From: Mantamonas sphyraenae STR306
Taxonomy: Eukaryota; Protista; CRuMs
Length of the DNA stretch: 64,000 nt
Direction: 5' to 3'
Assembly (NCBI GenBank): GCA_026936335.1
Contig: JAPMXV010000031.1
Location: 248,001-312,000 of the forward strand
Under the pieces are notes generated by a model. That model worked only from the letters and a program-made list of their open reading frames with translations. It had not been told where the DNA came from and ran no database searches. Positions 20,901 through 32,222 of this stretch are shown one piece after another; position 1 is the first letter of the stretch; each line of letters opens with the position of its first letter. Made by a program: the position numbers and the translations under genes.

Positions 20901-23900
20901 CGCACCTTGATGCTGCTGGTGTTCACAAACCCTGCCCCCGTGATTGTCACTGCAACAGGCAACTGCAGCGGCGATTCAGGAGGATGCACTGACGTCAGTG
21001 TCGGCAGTGCTCCCGTGGGTAGCACAGCCTCAGTGTTGTTTGTGTAGTTGTTGCCATTGGTTGTCACCGCAACAACCACGTTTCCCGCACTCAGTCCAGA
21101 TGGGCTGGTGCATGTGATTTGCGTGCTGGTCACAACGGTGGCTGCCACCGCGGTTGTTCCACCAAACCTGCACTTCACATCTGTGCCCGTGGAAGTGAAT
21201 CCATCCCCAGCCACAGTCACCACAGTGCCTCCCGTCGTCGGTCCCCACACAGGCGACACGCTGTCCACTCGGAACAGCGTCAATTCACGCCATGCACTCC
21301 ACTGCTGGCCGTTCAGTGCCACCGACACGTCGCCTCGTCCACTCTCGCCGAAGTTCGGCAGCCTTGCTGTCACACGTGTCCCTCCACTGTGCCATGTGCC
21401 TGTCACCGTCACCACCGTGCTTCCACTATCCCGGATGCGCACCCGGATCTCGCTGCTCGTGTTGGCGAACGTTTTGCCCGAGTCTGGGGCCAGCGTGAGC
21501 TCGATGCCCGACACACCCACAGGTGCCGTCGAAGGTGACACTGCAGACAGCCCGTGTGCCTCGTACAGCTCAAACTGTACACCCTGACCCAAGTACTGTG
21601 CTCCGTTGGGTGCAACAGTCACCGTCGACGTCAGGGACGTCCCTGCAGCCAGTGGAGGCACCGTGAACGAGGGTGTGGTCACCACAATCGCAGCCACGCT
21701 GTCGTTGTTGGCAGTGAATGCACCACTCACGACCTTGGCCGCCGTCCCACCAGACGGGTCGATGTTCACCTGTGGCACATCGCCTGCGTTGACAATCCCA
21801 CTTCCACTCACAGTGACAATGGTCCCGCCACTGCTCAATCCAGACACAGGCGAAATCGACGCCAGTGTCCCTTCGTACGTCGTGTACTTTCCACCCGACA
21901 CGCCAAACCACAGCTGCCCGTCCCCACTCACTGCCACATCATGTACACCCGTACCTAGTCCCACAATCGGGGTGGCACACGTGATCGACGAGTATGACAC
22001 GGACTGTGCGGCCACCGTCAGATTGCCGAAGCGGCATCGGGCAAGCTGCGGTGCCTTTGCAGCCATAGCCTGAGCTCGCACAACCACACTCGTTTCGCCC
22101 GTGCTGGGACCACTGCGTGGTGAAAACGACGGGAATGTGGTGGAGAACACCTCCATCGTCGGCGGCACATACAGCGATGACGCCTGGTCCGTCTCGATGA
22201 GCACGCTGATGTTCTCTGCCCTGGGAAACACGGGGGTTGTGCAGTTGATGCGTGACGGTGTCAACGTGGTGCATGCCACGCCCAGCAGCCTGGTGCCAGT
22301 GTCGGAACGCCACAAGGGCACGGTGGTGCTGTTGAAATTGCCACCCCGGATGTCCACCACAGTTCCACCGGAAACGGGAGTGGTCGCCGGAGACACCGAT
22401 AGGATGACCGGGAAGGTGGCATTGCACACGCTCTGGCCCGTGAGGAAGTTTGCAGTTCCATCGGGGCATCCGTAGCACGCTGTGAGCCCAGTGGCATTGG
22501 CGAACATTCCAGCAGGGCATAGAGGGCAATCCACTGTGCCTGGGTCGTACGAGAGAGGCGGCGATAGTACATACGGTGCGTATGTGCCCTCTACGGGCGG
22601 GCAGCTGTCTACAGACCTGAGGAGGGTGACGAAGAGGTCTTCCGTGTTGTCATCATCGGCGCTTGGGGCACTGATGTTGCCGCTTGTGTACCCTCCCACC
22701 ACAATCTGACCGGTAGGAGTCAACGCAACACCCCTTGCCATGTCGTTTCTGGTTGAGCCCCAGAGCTTCGACCATAGCCTCGAACCCGTAGAGTTCCACT
22801 TGGAAACATAGGCATCCAACATTCCTTTGACATGTTGACCGTCCAGTGGACCATGTGTATACCCACAGACGTATGCGTCTCCTAACGCATCTACAGCCAC
22901 TCCCGTTCCTAAATCGAAGCCGGAATCACCCCATAGCCGTGTCCACAGCTTAACGCCGTCGGCACGCCACTTGATCAGAAATGCGTCCTGGCTGTTTGAG
23001 ACCGGTGTGTGTCCATCAAGGACACCGTCTGAGTATCCGGTGACGTATACTGCGTCGGAGGTTGCTGCAATCGCTGTTGAGTAGTCTTGTGAGGTGGAGC
23101 CAGCGAGTCGCGTCCACTGCTTCACCCCGTCTGCATTCCACTTTGTCACAAACATGTCCGTGCCTGCAATGGCGGTTTGGCCATCCAAGGAGCTCGCGGT
23201 AGTACCGGTGACGTAGATGTCTCCGCTGCTGGACACAGCAACACCAGCGCTGTTGTCTGTGGCTTGGTTACCCCACACCCGAGTCCACTGTTTGACACCA
23301 GCATCGTTCCACTTTACAAGGTACACATCCCTTCCTCCATTGGTGTAACCATCCATGACGCCGTTCGTGAATCCTGTAACGTAGATTTCTCCACTGGGAG
23401 ATATCGCGACTCCAATCGCTTCGTCCAAGGCCACGGACCCGAACAATCGCGTCCACCGCTTGACACCATCAGGGTGCCACTTTGTAAGAAAGGAATCTGT
23501 GGTCCCAATACGCGCTTGTCCATCCATACTGCCTCCTGCGACACCAGCAACGTATATCTCGCCGTTTGGGGCGACGGCTACGCTCTTGCCAGAATCATCC
23601 GAAACTGTGCCCCATTGCCGCGTCCACAGAAGTTCACCAGCTGCATTCCATTTAGTCAGGAACACATCCTCTCCTCCCAAGCTTGTTTGTCCATCCAGGG
23701 CTCCTGATGTGCGGCCAGTGAGGTAGATATCGCCGTTGGAATCCACGGCTACTCCGTGTCCGTAATCTGCCTGTGGAGTTCCCCACTGCAGCGTCCAGTC
23801 GCCCATCGAAGGACCAACCACAACGCACACTATGACCGCAAATAACTGCAGAGGCGTGTCAGAACGCAGTTCCTCGGCGATATGGCACAGGAAAAAGGCG

Positions 23901-23979
23901 CGGAAAGCACGGAACCCACCCCCAAAAAGCGCGGAAAAAACGTGCGGTGGGCGCATCGAAGATGATTATATGACACCAT
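17903..23979 (-). CDS. Giant surface receptor, copy 1: signal peptide, 7-blade SBBP beta-propeller, Cys-rich segment, 9 IPT/TIG domains, Cys-rich repeats, multipass TM domain
   Basis: Seven ~57-aa repeats (D..G.VAV...G.IYV.G.T...DG......D.F..KW...G...WTR..G); nine 'SVSP..GP..GGT.VT..G.GF' IPT starts; CxxCPxG motifs; TM region with WP, PEC and Y....FWFE...L.RK motifs. Start at 23956 (unspliced) or 23979 (with intron 23846-23919). Confidence 0.88.
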
Positions 23980-23999
23980 GTTCTGCATGCGATCAGTCA

Positions 24000-24008
24000 T
24001 TTATATAT
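24000..24008 (-). promoter_or_regulatory. Putative TATA box upstream of receptor copy 1 (also present in copy 2, near 30155-30163)
   Basis: The minus strand reads ATATATAAA in a GC-rich background, conserved in both copies just upstream of the candidate starts. Confidence 0.4.
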
Positions 24009-24066
24009 GCGATGCAATGGAGGAATTTATTGGTGGAGATGGCGTTTGAAATCTCCCATCAACTCG

Positions 24067-27000
24067 CTACAGCTCTTGCAGCTCCAACTCTTCATCATCC
24101 GTCGTTTCCTTCTTGCCCAATCCAAGTGCCATTGCACCGCGATGTGAGATCGTGTTCAGCCTTCCCCGCAGCGTGCTACCATTTGTCCCGAGTAGCCGCA
24201 AAACTTCCAAAAGGGTGACACCGTCGCTCTCGTCGGCAACGCTCAACAAGGCAGAAAACTCATCCTCTTGCACCACCTTCTTGGCTCTCTCCATGTCCTG
24301 TACCGCTGGTCGCTTCTTGGCGTCCTTCACAAGCTCCACTTCCTTCACCGCAGCCTCCAACTGCTCCACACTCAACGAATCACTCGCAATGGCATCCAGC
24401 TTCCCATGCGCATCTTCACGCAGCAATGGACGCACCGCTGCCTTGAAGTCTTCCAACGCACTCGCTTTCGTCTGGTCTGCCGTGCTTTCTCGGTGCCGCT
24501 CCTGTACCCCGTTCCAGACGTCCCTTCCAACATACCACACACACACCACAATCACACTCACAGCTACCACCATTGTGAGGTTGCTCCACTGTTGGGTCCC
24601 CTTTGCATCGCTCCCTGTCACAAACACCATCCCGGCAACAAGCAGCAACAACGACTCTACAAGCAGAATACTCTCCAGGTTGTTCTGCATCGATGTCTTG
24701 TACGGCGTGTACGACGCCTGGATGAATGTCGCCCCACCAAGCACAACCAACCCCAACAGCCCCTGCAGCGCCGGCAGCGTCGTGGCAAACAGCTTCACTC
24801 CCACCACAGCTGCCTTGCGCAGCAGTACCATCGCCTCAAACCAGAAAAAGTGTGGGCCGTACTTGTTGAAGATCGTCGAGTACCGCTGCTGGAACGACTC
24901 GTCTCGCCGCTTCTCCGCATCTCGAGAGTTCAACATGACGCCCAGGAACACTGCCGGTGTGCCCAACACGTACAACAGTCCAAACAACACTGCAGGTCCC
25001 ACCAACCTCGCATGCATCCCTCCGTCCAGCCAGCACTGCACATCCGGTGCCACGTCCATCACACTCACTCCTTGTTGCACCTCGGTGCAGTCAAACACCT
25101 CCAGCACACGTGTGCACAGTGTGATGTACAGCAATCCCATGCTGAACAGCATCTCGTTCACCAGGTACCGCCACGTCTCCTCATCCACCGCCGACGACTC
25201 TGTAAACAGACACGATACGTTGTACCGCACCAGTTCCAGCACAAAACGCCACTTGGGCAGCTGTGCATCTGGTGGCGCACAAAACTGTGCATGGGCCACA
25301 CGGAACTCATCTCCATGCTTCGACACCCACTTGTCTTGCAGATACTGGCCCAGCACACGCAGCATCAGTCCCGCCGCAAGCATCACAGGAAGCATCATCG
25401 TGATCCAGAATCGTGTTTCGGCCGTCCATCCCTCCGTCACAGAACACTCGGGCGCAGCCGTGTCGATGTTAAAGTTGGCCAACGAAAACGTGTTGAACAC
25501 AGCCTGCACCTCCGAGGGCCAGTTGAGACGATACTCACCAAACGTGCTCATCACCTGCAGATGGGTGATGGCCAGTGCTGCCACCTTGCCCGTCTTCTTC
25601 TTCTTCTCGACACGCACCTGACGCCGTACAAAGAACAGGTACAGCACAAACAGGATGACCAGCAGCACAACCGTACCCCCCGACCCCTGTCGACACTGCT
25701 GACATGTGTCCCCAAGCTTGTAGAACCCAGTGTCACACGTGCCACACAACGTACCCTTGTAGCCCGTGGCACATGCTGAAGAGTTGCCACCCAGACACGC
25801 AGATGCCACCGCGCACTGCACAAACCGCAGCTCGGTGCCAACGCCCGTCGCATAGAAGCCCTTCTGCGGCACAGGTTGCGCCAGGCGACCCAAGCACACT
25901 GCATTCACAGGGCACTCCTGGCACGGGAACCCTGCCTGGCCGTCTGCTCTGTAAAAGTTGGGCAAACACTGGCAATGCGTGATCGACGTTGGCGTCGACA
26001 GGATGGAATCTGTGTTGGTGGGACACACCAGTGTTTCAAGCAGCACTTTGAACTGGATTCCCGTGCTCGATCCATCCCAGTGTTGCCCCCCGTCCAAGCT
26101 GACTTCCACAAGGTACTCTCCCTGTGCATGCGACGCAGGCGACTGGAACACAATCTGTGTTGCCGTCACACTCGTGGGTGTAAAGATGTTGCCTGTGCCG
26201 AGTTGGATCTGCACATAGCCCGTGTCGATGAAGCCCGTGCCCGAGATGACCACTTGTGTGTTCACTCCTGGGTCCTTGCGCACGGGATCGACCCCACTCA
26301 CCACAGGGTCGGGATACGCCGTCAGCTTCAGTCCAGTGTCTACCCAGTCGATGCCATTCAGAGCCACCCACACGTCCAGCGTCGCCACAGCTCCACTCGT
26401 GCGCTTGTATGCGCTCATGGTCGCTGTGATGGTGTCGCTTGTGGTCGTGGCAGATACCAATGATGACTGCCATCCTTCGCCGTCCTGGTACCGCACGCGT
26501 GTGGCGTCTGTCACTTGTGCAAACCGTCCCGTCAGCATCAGGGTCGTGCCACCGCCCAGCGGCATCACGTTGGGGATGCTCGCGTTGAGCACAGGCTGCG
26601 TGTACGCACGTACAACGCGTCCGCTGCTGCTCCATGTGGCTCCTCCGTTGGTGCTCACCTCCACACCCACGTCTGCGTGCACACCGCTTCCACCCAGTGT
26701 CACCTTGCCCGACAGAGACGGAGTCGTAAACACCACCGGGGTCCCACTTACTGTCAGGTACGTCGCCGGTGTGCTCTTGATCCACACGCGCAATGAACCT
26801 GCCACCCCCGGTGCATCCATGATGTTGTTCCCGCTCATGGTCACTGTGGTGCCGCCGCTCAAAGGTACGGATGCCGGTGAAAACCCATCCACCGTCGGTT
26901 CCACCGTCACAAATGTCGCTTGTCCCGCTGCTGTAAACTGGCTCTCCGAGAGCTGTCCGTTCAGTGATACCTGTACTTCTGCTGTTCCTGCTGGAAGCGA

Positions 27001-30000
27001 TGGTGCCGTACACGTGATCGAGCTGCTGCTCACAAACACACCGTCCACAACCTGTGCGTTGAAGCGCACCTTGATGCTGCTGGTGTTCACAAACCCTGCC
27101 CCCGTGATTGTCACTGCAACAGGCAACTGCAGCGGCGATTCAGGAGGATGCACTGACGTCAGTGTCGGCAGTGCTCCCGTGGGTAGCACAGCCTCAGTGT
27201 TGTCTGTGTAGTTGTTGCCATTGGTTGTCACCGCAACAACCACGTTTCCCGCACTCAGTCCAGATGGGCTGGTGCATGTGATTTGCGTGCTGGTCACAAC
27301 GGTGGCAGCCACCGCGGTTGTTCCACCAAACCTGCACTTCACATCTGTGCCCGTGGAAGTGAACCCATCCCCAGCCACAGTCACCACAGTGCCTCCCGTC
27401 GTCGGTCCCCACACAGGCGACACGCTGTCCACTCGGAACAGCGTCAATTCACGCCATGCACTCCACTGCTGGCCGTTCAGTGCCACCGACACGTCGCCTC
27501 GTCCACTCTCGCCGAAGCTCGGCAGCCTTGCTGTCACACGTGTCCCTCCACTGTGCCATGTGCCTGTCACCGTAACCACCGTGCTTCCACTATCCCGGAT
27601 GCGCACTCGGATCTCGCTGCTCGTGTTGGCGAATGTTTTGCCCGAGTCTGGGGCCAGCGTGAGCTCGATGCCCGACACACCCACAGGTGCCGTCGAAGGT
27701 GACACTGCAGACAGCCCGTGTGCCTCGTACAGCTCAAACTGTACACTCTGACCCAAGTACTGTGCTCCGTTGGGCGCAACAGTCACCGTCGACGTCAGGG
27801 ACGTCCCTGCAGCCAGTGGAGGCACCGTGAACGAGGGTGTGGTCACCACAATCGCAGCCACGCTGTCGTTGTTGGCAGTGAATGCACCACTCACGACCTT
27901 GGCCGCCGTCCCACCAGACGGGTCGATGTTCACCTGTGGCACATCGCCTGCGTTGACAATCCCACTTCCACTCAGAGTGACAATGGTCCCGCCACTGCTC
28001 AATCCAGACACAGGCGAAATCGACGCCAGTGTCCCTTCGTACGTCGTGTACTTTCCACCCGACACGTCAAACCACAGCTGCCCGTCCCCACTCACTGCCA
28101 CATCATGTACACCCGTACCTAGTCCCACAATCGGGGTGGCACACGTGATCGACGAGTATGACACGGACTGTGCGGCCACCGTCAGATTGCCGAAGCGGCA
28201 TCGGGCAAGCTGCGGTGACTTTGCAGCCATAGCCTGAGCTCGCACAACCACACTCGTTTCGCCCGTGCTGGGACCACTGCGTGGTGCAAACGACGGGAAT
28301 GTGGTGGAGAACACCTCCATCGTCGGCGGCACATACAGAGATGACGCCTGGTCCGTCTCGATGAGCACGCTGATGTTCTCTGCCCTGGGAAACACGGGGG
28401 TTGTGCAGTTGATGCGTGACGGTGTCAACGTGGTGCATGCCACGCCTAGCAGCCTGGTGCCAGTGTCGGAACGCCACAAGGGCACGGTGGTGCTGTTGAA
28501 ATTGCCACCCCGGATGTCCACCACAGTTCCACCGGAAACGGGAGTGGTCGCCGGAGACACCGATAGGATGACCGGGAAGGTGGCATTGCACACGCTCTGG
28601 CCCGTGAGGAAGTTTGCAGTCCCATCGGGGCATCCGTAGCACGCTGTGAGCCCAGTGGCATTGGCGAACATTCCAGCAGGGCATAGAGGGCAATCCACTG
28701 TGCCTGGGTCGTACGAGAGAGGAGGCGATAGTACATACGGTGCGTATGTGCCCTCTACGGGCGGGCAGCTGTCCACAGATTTGAGACGGCTGATGAACAG
28801 GTCTTGGGCGCCAAACGATTCCGTCAAAGTCCCAGCGGTGTAACCCCCCACGACAACCTGGCCTGTAGGAGTCACCGCAACGCCTCCTGCAATATCGAGG
28901 TCCGGGCTCCCCCACATTTTCGTCCACTCTTTGCTCCCATTGGTGGTCCATTTGGTGAGGAAAACGTCGACACTCCCGACGAATGGTTGTCCATCGAAAC
29001 CGGCCTGCGTATGTCCGGCCACGTAAGCGCTTCCGTCGGGAGCCACATCCACTCCATACGCATAATCTGATTGCGTTGATCCCCACAGTCGTGTCCATTG
29101 CTTGACCCCATTGGCGGACCACTTGATGAGCGCCGCATCGGTCGCCCCGACCAGAGTTTGTCCATCCAAATCACCGCCTGCGTAGCCAGCAACGTACACA
29201 TCTCCAACGGAGGACGCGGCAACCGCGTAGGCTCCATCGTATCCTGACGAGCCAGCGAGTCGCGTCCACTGCTTCACCCCGTCTGCATTCCACTTTGTAA
29301 CAAACATGTCGGCCACACCAGAGTTTGTTTGCCCGTCGAATTCTCCGCCGGCCAGTCCAGCGACATAAATGTCACCGCTGCTGGACACAGCAACACCGCG
29401 GCCAAAGTCACCGGAAGTGCTTCCCCACAAGCGCGTCCACTGGTGTCCACCAGTGCTGTTCCACTTTGTGAGGAATGCATCTTGGTTTCCAGCATTGGTT
29501 TGTCCATCCATGTTCCCCCTTGTGCCTCCGGTGACGTAGACTTCTCCACTGGGAGACACAGCAACTGCGTACCCATTGTCAGTGTCACTGGTCGTCATCA
29601 GGCGCGTCCACCCCTTGACACCAGCTCCGGTCCACTTGGTTACAAATGCATCGTACCCTCCCAGACTCGTCTGACCGTCCATATGTCCCGTGGTGTCTCC
29701 AGCAACGTAGACATCGCCGTTTGGGGCGACGGCAACCCCGTAACCCTGGTTCGCGCCGCCGTTGCCCCATAGCCGCGTCCACAGAAGTTCACCAACTGCA
29801 TTCCTTTTAGCCAGGAACATGTCTCTGTTTCCATAGCCCAATTGTCCATCCAGAGACCCTGAGGTGTGGCCAGTGAGGTAGGTATCGCCGTTGGAATCCA
29901 CGGCCACTCCGTTTCCATTGTCTGCTTGCGGAGTTCCCCACTGCAGCGTCCAGTCGCCCATCGAAGGACCAACCCCAACGCACACTATGACCGCAAACAA

Positions 30001-30134
30001 CTGAAGAGGCGTGTCAGAACGCAGTTCCTCGGCGATATGGCACAGGAAAAAGGCGCGGAAAGCACGGAACCCACCCCCAAAAAGCGCGGAAAAAACGTGC
30101 GGTGGGCGCATCGTCGATGATTATATGACACCAT
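24067..30134 (-). CDS. Giant surface receptor, copy 2 (tandem paralogue with a divergent propeller)
   Basis: Same architecture as copy 1. Near-identical DNA at offset 6164 over 24241-28773; different propeller at 28774-29925. Start at 30111 or 30134. Confidence 0.88.
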
Positions 30135-30221
30135 GTTCTGCATGCGATCAGTCATTTATATATGCGATGCAATGGAAGAATTTGTTGGTGGAGATGGCGT
30201 TTCAAACCTCCAAGCAACGCG

Positions 30222-30275
30222 CTACAGCTCGTTCAGCTCCAACTCTTCATCGTCAGTCGTTTCCTTCTTGCCCAA
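30222..30275 (-). pseudogene. Relic 3' end of a third receptor copy
   Basis: The minus strand translates LGKKETTDDEELELNEL*, versus LGKKETTDDEELELDEL* and ...LQEL* in the full copies. It lies exactly one unit (6155 bp) from the copy 2 stop. Confidence 0.85.
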
Positions 30276-30297
30276 CACTGCTGTTCATTGACAATCA

Positions 30298-31980
30298 TCA
30301 CCCGACATCCATACGCTGCAAGTTCTTGTTCGTTCGCCTCCTTCGTCCGTTCTTGCCCTTGCCCTTGCCTGCGTTGCTGCTGCCTCCCTGATCTTCGCCA
30401 TCACCTGCAAAGTATCCTCGGATGTCTTTGCCCTGCTGTCCCTTGCGGCGGTTGTTCTTCTTGTTGCTATTGCGTGCTCGCTTTTCGCTGCCGCGGCGCT
30501 CGTTGTAATTGAACTTGGGCACATCCATCTTCTGCGGGTACGAATCGCCCAGATGGACACCGGCAGCACTGAGGACACTCTGAGGGGCCTTGAAGGGTTC
30601 GTGGATGTGCTGTGCGGGCATGTCCTTCAGCTCAGGGCACCAGAGACGCACAAAGTCACCTTCAGCATCGTACCGCTTGCCTTGACCGACGACGTTGAAC
30701 ACACGTGCGCGTGGGTCGTTGCCCACGGCGCTGTTGTACTGCCAGTTGCCATAATTGCTGCACGGGTCGTAGTCGAGGAGTTGGGATTCAAACCACTCTG
30801 CGCCCATGCGCCAATCCATGCCCAAGCTCATGCTCAGAAAGGAGCACACGTTCTGCCGCCCTCGATTGCTCATCCATCCCGTAGCGTTGAGCTCGCGCAT
30901 GTTGGCATCCAGGAAGGGGATGCCTGTGCGCCCATCTGCCCAGCGGCGAAACGACTTTTCGTCCGTGTTCCAACTGCGATCGACACCCAACAAACCCGAG
31001 CGGAAGAAAAGCTTGCGTCCGTGTTTCAGCGCCACCAGACGGAAGTAATCGCGCCACAGCAGCTCGAAGCGCACCCAGTACGTGGACTCGTTGCTGCCGT
31101 GTTTCGACTCGTACTTTTGCAACTCTGCCTCCATGCGCACGGGGGTGATGCACCCTTGCGCCAAGAACGGAGCCATTTTGGTGCTGTACTCGCTGCCCAC
31201 AAGTCCGTTGCGTGTGTCCTTGTACGAGGCCACCGAGTGGCTCCAGCAGTACTGGTCCCATCGCTCCAGGGCGTTGCTCTCGCCGCCCACAAACTCCATT
31301 GCGGCGCGGTCGTCCACAATCACGTCTTCGACGCCCAGATCGGCAACGGTGGGGAGGTCGCCTGCCTCCAGGCCATCGGGCAGCCGAGGCATGCTCTCGG
31401 GAACCGCCAAGGGCGCCCGTGCTTGACATTCCGCCTCCACCGTCTTGCGAAACGAGGTGAACACGTCTGGCACCGTGCGAGGGTGTTCGTACGGCAGATC
31501 ATCCATGTGCATGAGTGAGCCTCCCCACAAGGTGACCAATGTGCTGTCGACCTCGGCCAACGCCTGGCGCACAGCCTCCTCCACCACCAACTCCTCGTGG
31601 CAGTACTCACGGTGCGCGTACACAGACGACACGCCGTAGTCCTGGGCCAACTGTGGCAACACATCTTCGGGTGTGCCCACACGCACCACCAGATCGCTGC
31701 CCAGCGTTTGAAGTTGCTGCCGTAGATCAGCCACACACTCCAGGATGAACCGTGTGCGATGTGCGCCGGTCTTGGGAAACCCATAGGCGTGTGTGTAGCC
31801 CCAGAGCCGTGGATCGAAGCAGTACACAGGCAGCACCCCTTGGTTGCTGCTCTCCGACAGCGCAGTCAGCAGCGGTTCGTGATCGTGTGTGCGCAAATCC
31901 GTTTTGAACCACACCATGCTCCGCCCTCCACCTTCACTCTTGCCACTCTCACTGGAATCAAACATGCTGTGTGTGCTCAT
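30298..31980 (-). CDS. CRY-DASH: Cryptochrome DASH (photolyase/cryptochrome family)
   Basis: VWFKTDLRTHDHEPL, GFPKTGAHRTRF, YKDTRNGLVG..YSTK, FELLWRDYF, WMSNRGRQNV and DYDPCSNYGNW.Y...VGNDPR are DASH-subfamily motifs. An upstream in-frame ATG (32172, MFRRV...) could add a targeting peptide. Confidence 0.93.
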   Translation of the reverse strand: MSTHSMFDSSESGKSEGGGRSMVWFKTDLRTHDHEPLLTALSESSNQGVLPVYCFDPRLWGYTHAYGFPKTGAHRTRFILECVADLRQQLQTLGSDLVVRVGTPEDVLPQLAQDYGVSSVYAHREYCHEELVVEEAVRQALAEVDSTLVTLWGGSLMHMDDLPYEHPRTVPDVFTSFRKTVEAECQARAPLAVPESMPRLPDGLEAGDLPTVADLGVEDVIVDDRAAMEFVGGESNALERWDQYCWSHSVASYKDTRNGLVGSEYSTKMAPFLAQGCITPVRMEAELQKYESKHGSNESTYWVRFELLWRDYFRLVALKHGRKLFFRSGLLGVDRSWNTDEKSFRRWADGRTGIPFLDANMRELNATGWMSNRGRQNVCSFLSMSLGMDWRMGAEWFESQLLDYDPCSNYGNWQYNSAVGNDPRARVFNVVGQGKRYDAEGDFVRLWCPELKDMPAQHIHEPFKAPQSVLSAAGVHLGDSYPQKMDVPKFNYNERRGSEKRARNSNKKNNRRKGQQGKDIRGYFAGDGEDQGGSSNAGKGKGKNGRRRRTNKNLQRMDVG

Positions 31981-32222
31981 GGTACGCTCGCAAATTCCAG
32001 CAACACCACCTGTTGTTGGGCGTGGGGTGCCAAAAACGAGGCACGACGACGACGAGTCAGCCGAAAAGGCTCCGGCGGCCACACCCGCAAACCCCCCGAC
32101 CCATGTCACTCCACAGGGCCATCCCTGAGCCCACCCATGCGCACCTCTCCCCACGCTTACGCGTCGAAACATGCCTGTGGCGACAAACAAACCGGACAAA
32201 AAGTGGGTTGAAAATTTGGGCA

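Larger units (their letters stand above)
17903..30275. repeat. Tandem duplication with a ~6.16 kb unit (two full copies plus a short third fragment)
   Basis: 18077-22609 matches 24241-28773. The leader/promoter 23774-24050 matches 29929-30205 (offset 6155). The gene 3' end recurs at 30222-30275. Confidence 0.95.

Noticed and set aside
23890-23940. E2F-like TTTCCGCGC motifs at the receptor 5' ends
   Set aside because: They lie within the first exon or intron and lack supporting cell-cycle context.
18014-28843. Long plus-strand ORFs (e.g. 18014-19615, 18117-19457, 24113-25621, 24268-25779) opposite the receptor genes
   Set aside because: Antisense shadows produced by GC-rich codon bias; no motifs and odd His/Gln/Thr-rich composition.
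22610-29925. Diversity-generating retroelement or CRISPR-like explanation for the variable propellers
   Set aside because: There is no reverse transcriptase, no template/variable repeat pair with adenine-specific changes and no repeat-spacer array in the window.
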